Assembly: GCA_043228905.1 (NCBI GenBank)
Contig: JBHGNT010000008.1
Span: 15,562,001 to 15,626,000, forward strand
Direction: 5' to 3'
Origin: Azolla caroliniana
Lineage: Eukaryota > Plantae > Polypodiophyta
Length of the DNA: 64,000 nt
The notes beneath the pieces are model-generated. The model ran no database searches. It saw only the letters and a list, made by a program, of their open reading frames with translations, and was not told the DNA's origin. Positions 50,601-62,239 of the stretch are shown piece after piece; the stretch's first letter is position 1; every line of letters starts with the position of its first letter. The position numbers and the translations under genes are program-made.

Positions 50601-51686
50601 GACATTGTGGAGTACAAGTGTAGAGCCACCTGCAAGGTTGAGCTCTACTGTGCCGATTCCGATGATGTCACAGTGTTGTGAGTTGCCGACTCGAACTGAG
50701 TCGGAGTGACGGATCGTATATTGCCGAAATTGGGATCGATGAGGAGTCACGTGAAATGACGCGCCCGAATCTAAGAGCCATGTGCTCGACTCTTCAGTCG
50801 TGAGTAGGACTTCTGATCCGACTGGATTTTCGATTGATAGTATATTCGGGTCGTCTGGGAGCACATCAGCTGAGAAGCTGACGTAATTGATCTCCTCATG
50901 CCGGCCACTCTTCTTGTTGTTCTTGTTCTTGAGTGCGCGGCAGTCGGCTTTGATGTGTCCGGGTTTCTTGCAATAGTTGCAGATTCGGTTATCCTGTGAC
51001 TGGCTCCGTCTTCGCTGATTGTTCGGCGGTCGTGAGGAATCTCTTCCTCGTATGTTCGATCGGTCTGTCGAACCTTGTACTACATAAGCGTCGTCTGTTG
51101 AGTCTTTGGCGAAAGACTTTCTCCGAGCTGCTTCGGTCAGGATTGCGCTCGTGACTTCGGAGTATTTAACAGCCGTGGTTGACGCGTTGCACACGGTTGT
51201 GACGAAAGTTTCCCATGATGAGGGAAAGCTACTCATGAGTATCATTGCTCTGAGTTCATCCTCGATTGCCGTCCCCTGTGACGAGATTTGGGAGCTTATG
51301 CTTTCGTACTCATTGAGGTGTGCTTGAACCGAGTCGGATTCTTTCATCCGCAAGTTGTAGAGGCGCCGGATCAGAAACATCTTCGTTGCGGCGACCTTCT
51401 TTTCGTAAGTGTCTGACAGTGTTTTCCACAGTTCGAATGCTGTCGTACACGATTGCACCGTAAAGTATACCGATTCCGATAGGTGCATCCGAATCGTGGC
51501 GCGGACGATTCTGTCCAGCTTCTGCCACTCAATTGGTTTGTATCCTTCTGGAGGTTCTTCATTTTCGATGGGATCGATTTGCCCCTTGACGATGAGATAG
51601 TCCTGCATTTGCTCCTTCCAGAAGTTGAAGTTCGATCCATCGAACTTTCGTAGACTCATTTCTGACGAGCCGGATGTTGATGCCAT
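47673..51686 (-). CDS. Copia Gag-Pol polyprotein, 1337 aa (gag, Zn knuckle, protease, integrase, RT, RNase H)
   Basis: KFDGSNFNFWK; CNYCKKPGHIKADC; LLDSGAS; LWHRRLGH...CEHC; DDE motifs HSDVCG, RTDNGGEF, AERMNRT; RT QLDVKTAFL, IYVDDML; RNase H YTDSDF, TEAEY, YSDSQ, NVAD. Confidence 0.99.
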   Translation of the reverse strand: MASTSGSSEMSLRKFDGSNFNFWKEQMQDYLIVKGQIDPIENEEPPEGYKPIEWQKLDRIVRATIRMHLSESVYFTVQSCTTAFELWKTLSDTYEKKVAATKMFLIRRLYNLRMKESDSVQAHLNEYESISSQISSQGTAIEDELRAMILMSSFPSSWETFVTTVCNASTTAVKYSEVTSAILTEAARRKSFAKDSTDDAYVVQGSTDRSNIRGRDSSRPPNNQRRRSQSQDNRICNYCKKPGHIKADCRALKNKNNKKSGRHEEINYVSFSADVLPDDPNILSIENPVGSEVLLTTEESSTWLLDSGASFHVTPHRSQFRQYTIRHSDSVRVGNSQHCDIIGIGTVELNLAGGSTLVLHNVRHVPELSRPLISVGQLDEDGIRAGFSSGGWTLHRGNLLLARGPKIHSLYPLHVTLREGNLFLVDIPVSSLWHRRLGHLSKAGITHLSRAGYIPKLSFSDHQFCEHCQYGKQAAASHPTSAPRETRPLDLVHSDVCGPMPHQSLGGASYFVTFIDDSTRKVWAYPIRTKDRVFSIFSDWLAMVENQTDRKLKCFRTDNGGEFKSEEFVKFCRQRGIRREFTAPHSPEQNGIAERMNRTIQERIVSMLQHSGLSDGFWAEALLTAVHIINMSPSRPLGLQIPQELWIGSKPNYDKLRIFGCEAYALIPKDDRRKLAPRSRKCIFLGYGSDGEMGYRLWDPERRQIVRSSDVVFNESAMNPSVEKPIEVRRVTFSDVPTLQEGPALNTRSASRVAEPYTTESDNSDSAPQNNPLSDHPTLIPDATSPIIPRRSERLSQPPERYSPGIFFTDAGEPTSYEEASTSVDSATWHLAMESEMHSIRANKTWDLVELPRNRRALPCKWVYRLKETSDSTTPKYKARLVAKGFRQEYGVDFDEIFSPVVKMTTLRFLLGVVAADNLELIQLDVKTAFLHGDLDEEIYMEQPKGFVATGQEHLVCRLRKSLYGLKQAPRQWYKKFDDFIQSIGFSKSDEDHCLFTNTAQDGSPIFLIIYVDDMLISGRHAGELADLIRQLRLKFAMKDLGPARHILGMKISRHRDKRHLFLSQTDYIRRVLERFNMQSAKSASTPLPMNLRLSQRDCPTSGPEGEDMKSVPYALAVGSLMYLMVATRPDISHVVGVVSRFMHNPGRSHWNAVKHVFRYLAGTKDHGILFGPNRTSGVVGYTDSDFAGCIDSRKSTTGYCFKFGNGAISWKSKLQECTTTSTTEAEYVAASDAAKEALWLGRLAHTFRQVDHDSAPVVYSDSQGAVALSKNPVHHNASKHIDVRYHFVRDCVISGKIGLEKISTTDNVADGMTKCLSADRFRSLRHQMGVTTNQSG

Positions 51687-52358
51687 CAGATTTGGTTTCG
51701 GTTAACGAAGCTCGGTTCGGAGTTGACTACGAACCTTGTTGGAGTGCAGCCGGTTGGCTCACCCGATATCGTTCTAGTCGGATTTGGACCCGAGTCGGTT
51801 CGGCTTCGGATATATGTATTCTTGAACTTGCTCGAATTGACTCCGATAACTTGAGGGACAGAACCGACTGGTCTTCCCGAATGTTGCCGAGTCGGAGTGA
51901 GCCCGGTTCGCTTCGGATATATATGCCGAATACCGATTATTGAAACCGATTGTCTGGACCGATTCTGCTTCGGGTGACTGCAACGACGAGAGAGACGGAT
52001 CCAACTGATCCTCTCGAATGTCGATCAGCCGGATGAAGCACGAATTGGGGTTGTTGTCCTGAGGCCGATCTGCACCGAGTGGTTACAATGAGCGGCGTTT
52101 GATTACCTCTTCGGATGCCGTTTAACCGGGTGGAGCACGATCGTGTCAATGTTGCACAAGGGGATTTCACCTCGAGCGGTTACGATCACAAGGAACAGAG
52201 TACGACCGGCTGGCTTACTCCAAGCGAAAATGATCTAACGCGATGAGATGCAAGCCTCGTTTTTCTTCTTCTCTCTTCTTCGAATGGCGCAAGAAACCGA
52301 ATGCTGTGCAGGCTGAGACGACGGCCGACAGCGGATTGAAGGACCGAATGCTGTGCAG

Positions 52359-52370
52359 GCTCTGATACCA
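52359..52370 (-). promoter_or_regulatory. PBS complementary to initiator tRNA-Met
   Basis: Minus strand TGGTATCAGAGC, 2 nt from the 5' LTR. Confidence 0.97.
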
Positions 52371-52372
52371 GA

Positions 52373-52456
52373 TGTTGTGAACTAGGTCGTCTATGCGGAA
52401 GATCAAGAAGCATTCGATTCTGTTCTGTACCTGCGTATGACAGTTTCTAGGTCGTT

Positions 52457-52505
<49 letters not shown>

Positions 52506-52672
52506 AAAGACTCTTTATTTCATAAAGCAAATAATACAACAACCAACCTTACAAAGAGGTTACAAGGTCACTATATATAGTGACCGACTTAGGGCAACTA
52601 CCATTTATGCTAATTACACAAATGACCCAAAAGGATAGTGTGAATACGTCCATTATACACTTGTATTCGACA
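52373..52672 (-). repeat. 5' LTR of the intact copia (300 bp, contains (AG)21)
   Basis: TGTTGTGAAC...ATTCGACA. Contains the perfect palindrome GGTCACTATATATAGTGACC at 52566-52585. Confidence 0.98.
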
Positions 52673-55600
52673 ATGCACCATGTACTCATTGTATCCGAAC
52701 CGCACAACAGGGTTCTTCTGGCGGGTAGATCAGCGTAATTGCTCATTAGCCAATGTTGAGGCTTTCTTAGCCGACACAGACTTCATTCTCGAAGGCCCGT
52801 CATCACTTCCCTCGGAGTCGGACTCGCGTTGATCCAACTCGTTCCTATCCGTGTCGTAATTCGACACCTTGTTCTTCCCTTTTTCCTTGCGCGTAAGCCA
52901 TCTCCTCGGCTCCCTACATGGGGAAGCACGACCCAGTCTCCACTACTCGCCGACTCTTCATCAGACTGGTCGAACCGCCTCAGTCGTCCATTCGGTCCGC
53001 TTAACCGAAACGAAATCGGACTCTCTTTGCGGGTCCCGATTTCAGGCCCGTCCGGAGGCATCTCGGCCTCGCTGACCTCATCATCAGAACTCCGATTGGA
53101 GGTGAGGTCTAGAGTCGGAGGCAAGTACCAAGACGCAAACTCATCAAACACAACGTCGTAGCTCACGCGCGCTTGTTTGGTGCGTGGGTTATAACACTTA
53201 TAACCCTTCTGCTCATCCGAATAGCCGACCAAGATACACTTCTCAGCTTTCGCGTCCAACTTCCTCCGTTTCTCCTTCGGCACATGCACATACGCAATGC
53301 TACCGAAGACTCTCAAGTGTCGCAAATTCGGCTTTCTTCCGAAATACAGCTCATGCGCTGACACTTTGTCTCCAATCCGATTCTGGATGTACACCGCAGT
53401 TCGTACAGCCTCGGCCCAATAGAACTTGGGAAGCTCTTTTCTTCCATCATTGCCCGTGTCGTTTCCACAACCGACCGATTTTTCCTTTCGGCCACGTCGT
53501 TTTGCTCCGGCGTATATCTGCAACTGAATTCACGCCGAATTCCCATCTGTTGCAGATACCCGTTGAATTGACCGGAAAAGTACTCTTTTCCGCCATCCGA
53601 CCGCAAGCACTTGATCTTTCTTCCTGTTTCCCTTTCGACGAAACTTTTGAGGTCCCAGAAATAGTCGAAGACTTCACTCTTCTTCTCAATGAGATAGATC
53701 CACGTGTGCCGCGTATAGTCGTTGATGAAGGAGACAAAATATCGACTCCCGCCAAGACTAACATTCTGTGTCGGCCCCCATACATCGGAATGTATCAAGT
53801 CGAGCTTGTTCTGGCTCCGGTTACACTCGTTAGGGAAAGGAAGTTGGTGTTGCTTCACTAGCTGGCAGGCTTCACAAATTTGTGCCTTCTGGCCACTAAA
53901 TTTGGGCAATCCGAACACCACCTGTTTCGATTGTAGGTCCTGAAGCCGTTGATAGTTCACGTGGCCTATCCGCCTGTGCCATAAGTCAATATCCGACTAG
54001 ACTTTTTGTCCTTTCGCGAACATTGTGGTGCCACCGTCACCAGAGTCGAGGATAAACATCCTCCCGTCTTTGCGCCCTTACGCAATAACTCGGCCTTCTT
54101 CTTTGATGAAGCACCCGAGATGCGTGAATCGGACTTGCATCCCCTAGTCGACGATCTGACCGATTGACACCAGGTTCTTCGTGATAGTCGAGACGTGTAA
54201 CATGTTCATGAGTTTCCCTTTCTGCCTGACATGGCTTAGGGGAACTTCACCAACATTCGCGATCGGATGCGGAGTGTCATCTCCGGTTGCATCGGTTTTT
54301 GCAAGTACGAGAACCACTCCTTGTGGCACGTCATGTGGTTTGACGTGCCGGAGTCAACGTACCACACCTCATCCGACTTCGGGGTGATCTTCTTCAAGCT
54401 GATCCTTTTCCGGATCCTTCAGCGTAGTGCGATCGCTGCCGATTTCCTTTGTCGGTCTGTCCGAAACCTAATCCGGGCACGGTTCTCTCCGAATTGGCGC
54501 ACTTTTTCCAGCACTCGCTCTCCCTGTGGCCTTTCTTGCCATAATACCAGCATTCCGTGGCAGATTTCCCTTGCCGATTTTCATCGCCTCGACTCCCCCT
54601 GTTTCCGGAGGGTTCGGAATTGTTGTCAGCATCATTTCGGTGCCTTCTTCCTTGATCCCATCGGCCGCCTCCATTGCGCACCGACTCGCCTCGTCCGCCA
54701 CGACCATGGGGCCTATCTCCCTCCGTGTACAACATCTTGTTGTTGACATGCGTGCTTGTTGACGCACCCGCGTGGTTCTCCTCTATAAGGAGCATCGACC
54801 GTAAGTCGAAAAAGGACGACGTATTCTCCTGTGTACACACAGCAGTTCGGAAAGCTCTGAACTTCGACACCAATCCCCCGAGACAGATCTGCACCATCTC
54901 GCCTTCCTCGACGTTCACATCGATAGAGGCTAAGGAGCCACATATCTTTGATCTTCGAGGTGTAATTAGCCACCGACAAGTCACATTGTCGTAAGTTGCT
55001 CAGCTCCTGTCGGAGTTGAAGCTTCCTAGATGTAGTGCTTGTGGCGAAAATCTTCTTCAGATTCCCCCAAGCATCCTTTGGCGTTTTCACATCCCGAATA
55101 TAGCTTAGAAGCTTTTCACCCACACAAGACGCGAAGCAGTACAGTACTCTGCTCGCCGTCTGTTCCCACGCCGGGAAATCTCTATGTGTCGATTCGGGTG
55201 TTGTGTCATTTGCTCCGTCGACATAGCTCCAGTAACCATGCCCGAGCAGGTGATGGCGCATCTTGTAGGACCAAGACGCGTAGTTGTTTCTGTCGAGCTT
55301 CTCCGTCGGAAGCGAGCTAGCCATGCCTCTATCCATCGGTTTTACCTGTTCTTCTTGGTTGGTTTTCCTTTCAAGCTATGTCGGTTGTAGAGGTTCTCAA
55401 CCCTCGCACTCTGATACCATGTAAAAGAATACATTGTGCAGAAGCAATAGAAAACAGAACACAAAAACGCAAGTTTAATGGAGAGCTTAGGATATACACA
55501 GTACGGGGGAGAGAAAGAGTGTGAGCACACAAAAACTCTATTAAAAAAATAATACTCAATTTGTACATACACTGTGCTCAGTGAGCACCTTTTATACAAG

Positions 55601-56098
55601 CCCTGATAATAGGGCTGACACAAGTACTGACAGTACTTGACCACTCATAAGTGAGTCTACTACACTAACTCCCAAAATTATTCCCTTACGAGGAATATCT
55701 TTCTAACGGCCTTGCGACTTACGCACCGCTACGGCCTATTGTGCGCACGATTTTACGCACCCAGTTTACGCATTGGGTTATGCACCCGATTACGCACCGA
55801 ATGTTGAGCTTGTCTCTCAACATTTCTTTATACATACTCAATCAAATATTTCTTACATATTTCACGTAGTGTGTGAATTACACTACGACACTCGCCCCCA
55901 CCGAACCCGCACATCCTCCGGTATGTGCCGAAGTTCCGATGCTTGTTATTCTCCTTCATCCGTAGCACTCTCGGATTCTCCCCTTATGTCGATTATCATT
56001 TCTAGCCCACTTTCTTTGCTTTCCGCACCAATGTGATCTTTGTCTGATTGTTCCTCGTTGACGGTCTTGTCTAAGGTCACATAGGGTTCGTCGTAAGT

Positions 56099-59000
56099 TC
56101 ACTTCTTGAAAATCTTCACCTGTTTCCCCGCTAAAGGCACCTGTAGTATCGTTCCATCAAACTCACTTAGTTGGTAGGTTCCGTTGTCGAAAAATTTCCG
56201 AACTTCGTATGGTTTGAACCACCTTTTAGCAAATTTCTGGATCATTGTGTGTTGATCCAAACTACTGTCATAGACTATCACCCAATCTCCTTCTTCAATC
56301 TTCAATCTTCAATCTTCTTCTTCAATCTTCCATGGTCGTAGACGGTGCTTTGTGTCGAATCAACTTTTGTTCCGGAACCACGCTTCTTGTTGTCGACGTA
56401 TTGCTTCCGCTATGTCTTCCGGTCTTCTCTCTAGTTGTCGTATCCGAACCACTAGTAGTTCTTCCCGGCTCATCTCTTCCTTCCACAACAGCATTGTCCA
56501 TGTCGCAATTGCAGTTTCCATCGGCATTACCGGTGCTTGGCTAGTCATAAGTTCCGTTGGCATATAACCGGTCACAGAACTATGCGTTGTGCGATCTCCC
56601 ATAGTGCATACGGAAGCATCTACGGCCAATTCTTCACCCTTCCTCCGCATGCTTTTCCAAGTGCTTTAACGATTGGACTATGTCCTCGTTCAATCTTCCT
56701 GTTGGCTTCTGGATTGTATGTCGTGGTTAGTGTTAACTGTACTCCATGTTTGGCGAAGAATTCCCTAACTTTCTCAGAGTCAAGTTCTCCCCGATCCGCA
56801 ATCACTTGTCCAACGCACCCGTACCTGCAGAACACTTCTTCCAAGAGAAATTGGCATACTGCAGAACATGTTGTCCTCCGTAGCGCCCAACCTTCTACTT
56901 GGTTCGTCAAATCTTCCCAAACTAATACCAAGTACTTCTTTTGACATCTGATCCCGGTTGGCATGGCCACAATGTCGACCATCCATTTGAAGTTGATTGT
57001 CAGTGAGAATGTCAGATGTAATTCATGTTAGTGTCGAACTCTAGAGTAGATTTGGCATTTCTCGCATCATCCCGTGAACTCTGCTACATCTTTGTACATA
57101 TTCTTCCACCAATATTTTTGCTTGATCTTCGCAAATGTTGCCCATATTCCCCGATGTCCAGCCCAATCGGATTCGTGAAATTCCGATATTATTTGATTTC
57201 ATTGCTCTTTTGTTCCGACTACCCGCAGTGGTATGCCATCCAGTCTTTTCGGCTCCCTCCAGATTAATCCATTGTTCAAGAAGAACTTCCAAACTTGCCG
57301 CTTCTTACTTCGGATTTCGGCTCTCTTTTCCATATTGTTCGATGATTCCTCGATTTCTTGTATCACCTTCCTGATCATCAGGCTTTCTCCATCGTATTTG
57401 GCTTCCCGAAATTCTTGGATTATGTTCACCCGACATATGTGCTCTGAAGTAAAGTAGTTTCCGGAAACTTCTTCATTATTGGATTTGACTATGTTGTCTC
57501 CGAACCGTGCCCTTGACATCATATCCGCTACCACGTGTTTTCTGGAGATGTGTCGTACTTTCGGATTAAGTGACTTTACATATGCAATACATCTTAGCAT
57601 AGCCATATCCGGTATCGTACAACACCGCATCATCCCGAGTATTGGATGACAATCCGTTTCGATCACTACTTCGGCTCCGATCAAATAATCTCGATCTGAT
57701 TTTATCGCCAACATGACTCCCCTTAATTCTCTTTTAACTTGTGCATATCAGCGTTACCTTTCGTTGAGAACTTTTGCTCCGAATCGGATCGGATATCGCG
57801 AACCATTCAAGTCGACTTGGTTGATGACCCATCCGATCCCGGTTGAACTTGTATCAGCCGTGACTATGACGAATGCCGAATCGCATCGATCCACAATGTA
57901 GGTCCACAATGTGTGCATAGTGTGGAATCCATTTGTGACTCGCATATTTCTTTCATAGCTTGAATCGCATCGATCTTGACTGGTGATGGTCTTCGGCCGT
58001 AGGGCCCACATAGAGTGATAGAGTGGGTCCACAATGTGTGCATAGTGTGGAATCCATTTGTGACTCGCATATTTCTTTCATAGCTTGAATCACATCGATC
58101 TTGACTGGTGATGGTCTTCGGCCGTAGGGCCCACATAGATGTCTGACTACCAATATCTCTTCTTGTTCGAATGCCGAATTCTCTCCAGAGAGTGTTAGGT
58201 GCACATCTTCTAACTTCCGTAGCACTTTCTCCCAGTCACGAATATGGTCAACTACAAACTTTAGACATCCTCGATCATCCATAGTCTCATCTTTTTCTTC
58301 CACCGCACATCCTTTCATCGGAATGTCATCTAGGAACAACATTGTTATCTTCAGAATGCAGTCTCAGAGCACCTTGTTCATTGCATTCATCATATGTGTG
58401 GCCGAGTTTGTCACTCCTTGTCGTAGCATGCACATCCAGACTAATCCTATTGGTGTTCGCATTGTAGTGATATCTCGGCTCTCCACGGCTAGTTGGAATT
58501 GGTCATACCCGGACTACAGGTTTCCGATGGAGTATATTGCGCGTCCGGCAAACGCTTCCGCAAATTCTTCCACTATCGGACCGACTCCGGAGTTCCGGAT
58601 CGTGACCTTGTTCACTGGTTGCAATCTTGAATGAATCGAAATGATCCATTCTTCTTAGGAACCGTAAACCATTGATTTGAGTACGGAGCTTTTGATGGCT
58701 CTAGAATCCCCATTGCCACCTTCTCCTTAAGAAAGTCAATGATTTTCAGAATATGCACCCGTGGCACCGGAATCGGCTTCATGTTCCACGACACATGATC
58801 AATCGAGAAGATCACCATCAGTTCTACTATCTTCGGATCAATGCACCCTATCTCTCTTGATGTGAATGCAAATGCTTTTCCATGTCGCTCCAGCATCTCA
58901 CGAAAGCGTTCTTCTTCATTTTGTAAGAGGAACCCACCTCCACCAATCTGAAGATTCTTCTGGGGGTCTCATTCATGAAGGCATGTCCAATATCCATGAA

Positions 59001-61488
59001 CTTCCGAAGTGTCAGATCTCTCGAGACTTCTTTCCTCTTTTGTTCGCTATTGGCAGGTAGCGGTCCCTCGGACGGTTTCACCTTCTTTTCCACGGTCTTA
59101 TATTTTGTACATACCATTACTTCTTCTTTACGGAGCGCATCCGGCCCCATTTTCGCAATGATCTCGTACATCTCAACTGATTCCACCGGGACTACCAAGT
59201 CTCCCTAGCTATTCTCTTCCGCAAGCTCTTCAAGCCGTTGTAGTGTGCTCCCATAGAACACTTCTTCGACTACTCCCATGATTTCTTCTTCTTCTTTTAT
59301 GATTGATGTAAACCGTAACTCATCTTGCACCTTTCGGAATTCTTTCTTCATTACTCCGGTTACGGCTGTGTATGTAGATGCCCCATCCGAACCGATTCGT
59401 ACTTGTTTTGCTCCGAGAGTTTTTTTCCTGTGTGGGGTATCAGGGCTTCTCAGACTATCACTTCCCCACTCCGCAATAGTCCGCTTTAAAAATCCATTTT
59501 TGTTTGGGACAAGAGCTCTCTCTTGTTCCTTTCGTGATTCGATGGCACAATTAGGAATTGGACGGTTTTCCCTACGCTTTGGCTCCGAATTTGTGCAAAA
59601 ACCGCTCCACTATCGAGCACCTTTGTCTCCATCCATGAAGCTATGATAAAGGGTTGCCCAAGGATCACGAAATGTGAGACCTCATCTTGAATGAAGAAAT
59701 TTTGGCCAATCTCCACATCTCATATATTCAGCGTCACACCTGGACAAGCCGCAAATAGATCTTCCGTGGCTTTTGTGGTTGCCCGGATCTTCCATCCATG
59801 GCTGGTGTTTATAGGCCACTTCCCCTTCCGGTAGAACTCCTTGGACATCAAATTGATCTCTGACTCGTGATCAATCAATGCTAGTACGAGTTCTTTGATG
59901 TTCCCAATTCGAACCGGAGTCTCTGTAGTTGCGCGTGCCTAGTGGGGCTTTGTGTCGTGGGAGTTTGGAATTTCATCCTCCACTTTCGTGTCATTCATTA
60001 GAACGGTATTCACATTCACCCTTGGAGCATTTTCCTCCGTAGTTTGTCTCTTTCTTTTTATGAGATGCACAAGAAGATCGTGGAACTCCTTCGCTATTCC
60101 GAGTAATTCTCGGAGAGAAAATTCCACCTGACTATCAAGGAGTCTCTCTTCGAACACCTTCTTTAGGTCCGTCCGTTGTTCGATGTCCGAAGCGAGTTTG
60201 AAGGCCGAAATTGTTTTTCCTTTCCCCTTCCCTTCGGAGTTCCAGTTCTCCGGTGTCTTTGATGGCCCGACCGCATGTATGCTATTCTTATCTACGGGGC
60301 ACTCCCATCCCGTAGCTTCCCGAATGCGTTCCGCAACGCTTCAGATTTCATCAAAGTCGGCTTTCTTTGATATTTCTAGCACTTCCAGCCAAAAAGATGC
60401 CTTTGCTCCAGATGACTCCCCCACACGTATTCCCGCGGTTGTCGCATAATTGCTTTCTCTGCTATCTCCTCCTCTAGGACATTCTTCATGCCGCCTTTTC
60501 GGAAGTTCGGCCGGAGTGGCTTCCGAGAGTCCATCGAATGAATCTGATTTCCCTCGTAGTAGATAAGATTCCGTCATAGCGCCTCCTTATGCTCATCGCA
60601 ATCCTTCTGATCATGTTCAGTGCTATCGCACCATATGCACTGACGGTCCATATACTTGGAACTTGTGGGACGGTCTTCCGACTTCTTCACCACTGCGATT
60701 TTCAGATTCTCCATTTCCTTCAGCAACTAATCCACCGTGGTTGCATCGATTCCCTCCTCAGTCGTACTCTCCCGAGCCCATGGTTGATGGTCTTCCAATC
60801 TGGATCTTGGTTTCGGAATCGGTTCTGAAACCCTCTTTTCTTCATTACCAAGCCATTGCCCCCTTTTTGTGTATCGCGCGACAATGTCCCGCACATTTTC
60901 CCATGTATTGGTGAGGCCACTCTCAGTAGTCGTGTCCTCTAGAAGCACTCTGAGGTCTTCCTGGTCCCGGACGTCCACGGCTCGTAAGAACATGATCACT
61001 TTGTCCGGTGCAAGGATGGCTTGATCTCTCATGAACAACCTCCTAAATCGACTTTCGAATGCCGAAAACACATCGAGGACCTTCAGCCCCTTGTCTGGCG
61101 TTTCCGCCCAATCTTCAAATCCCCTCCGCATTGCCTTGGAAGAGTCCTCGATAGCGAACGTGGTCTTCAATGCTTCTTCAAACACTTCCCACATCAGATT
61201 TTGTTGTCGTATCCCGTGGATACTCCCTTGAAGCCCGTCTGTAGCCACCCGATTGAAGGATGTCACATGCAATCCTTCCGATATTCCACACCGTAGCATC
61301 TCCACCTTATAGTCCCGCAAATAACGTGACACATCCATCCCGTTGAATTGCCCGTTCCATTGCACGAACTGCTCTACTGCCACCGCAATCTCCGACATCG
61401 CACATGGTTCTTGTAGCATCCTCTTGAACATTGTCATCATATTGTTAGCCTTTTGTTGATTTTCCATCTCCTTGCCACTCGTGTTCAC
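56099..61488 (-). pseudogene. Gypsy-B gag-pol (fragmented)
   Basis: Gag ORF 60727-61488; knuckle CIWCDSTEHDQKDC (~60600-60640); protease-like ALIDHESEIN (~59855-59885); RT KKNGSFRFIQD, FLDDIPMKG; RNase H ADTSSTGIGW, IETDCHP; integrase VDIVAMP, IADRGE, IERGH, plus a GPY/F-like tail. No chromodomain. Confidence 0.9.
57901..58139. repeat. ~125-bp tandem duplication with filler at an RT/RNase H deletion junction
   Basis: GGTCCACAATGTGTGCATAGTG...GGGCCCACATAGA starts at 57901 and 58026. Confidence 0.9.
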
Positions 61489-61501
61489 TTCGGGTTCACC
61501 A
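61484..61501 (-). promoter_or_regulatory. PBS complementary to tRNA-Trp
   Basis: Minus strand TGGTGAACCCGAAGTGAA matches 17/18 to the complement of the plant tRNA-Trp 3' end (...TTCACGTCGGGTTCACCA, recalled). Confidence 0.8.
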
Positions 61502-61505
61502 AATG

Positions 61506-62235
61506 TGTCGTGCCTTTAGGCGCCGGATCGTTGCGTGAGTCGGGTGGGAACCATTGACATTTTGGACTAGGAGGAGGAAGAATTAAAGGCAAATCTTGTT
61601 ATGAGTAGATTATAACAAAGAAATATATGAAACTCGTGAATCCCACGAGTATAGTATATTAATTAATGTTTAGGAAAGAATATGAATTTAGATTGCAAGA
61701 GAGAATTAGATGGCAAATTCGTGAATCCCACGAATATAATATATTAATCAATCCTTATAAAAAATCAACAAACATTTACATCTTTCTCTCTTCCTTAATA
61801 GTGATGGAAGAGGCTAAACATAGCATAATGCTTTTCTAAAGTGTTCATGCACACTAGATGTCTCTGAATAGCTTTTTCTACAATGCTTTTAATTTCTAAA
61901 TATAGTGCTCATGCACTCTAGACATGCATGAGTAACTTTTTCTTTGTTTGCGTTTTCCTTCTAAATAAAGTTTTTACGCACTCTAAATGTGCATGGGTTG
62001 GTTTTTATAAAAATAGGCGTAAATATAAGTCTTACCCCTATTAAATCTATATTTAGATCACTTATGATACGTTAGTACAATGGTAAGGTTTGGGGTTTGT
62101 TTACATGGAGGTACAGGGTTTCAATCTTGCCCTATGCATGTAACATATATTTTAATATTTTCTTTTATTTCTTTATGCATACTTAATCGAATATTTCTTA
62201 CATATTTCACATAGTGTGCGAATTACACTACAACA
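61506..62235 (-). repeat. 5' LTR of Gypsy-B (730 bp)
   Basis: TGTCGTGCCTTT...CACTACAACA, direct repeat of 44046-44708 plus 55828-55890. Confidence 0.94.
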
Positions 62236-62239
62236 GTGT

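Larger units (their letters stand above)
47175..52672 (-). mobile_element. Intact, very recent Ty1/copia LTR retrotransposon (Tnt1-like), 5498 bp
   Basis: TSD ATGCA at 47170-47174 and 52673-52677. LTRs 47175-47478 and 52373-52672. PBS TGGTATCAGAGC at 52359-52370. PPT at 47479-47490. Single uninterrupted ORF. Confidence 0.99.
44709..55822 (-). mobile_element. Full-length degenerate Ty1/copia 'Copia-4' (same lineage as Copia-3) in the Gypsy-B 3' LTR
   Basis: TSD TTTCT at 44704-44708 and 55823-55827. LTRs 44709-45099 and 55420-55822. iMet-type PBS at 55408-55419. PPT at 45100-45113. Gag (KLDRNNYASWSYKM), integrase (IHSDVWG, LRSDGG), RT (YVDDL), RNase H. Confidence 0.96.
44046..62235 (-). mobile_element. 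Degenerate Ty3/gypsy 'Gypsy-B', inserted in the family C terminal repeat; its 3' LTR is split by Copia-4
   Basis: LTRs 44046-44708 plus 55828-55890, and 61506-62235. 4-bp TSD GCGT/GTGT (one CpG transition). tRNA-Trp PBS at 61484-61501. PPT at 55891-55902. Gag, protease, RT, RNase H and integrase at 56099-61488. Confidence 0.93.
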
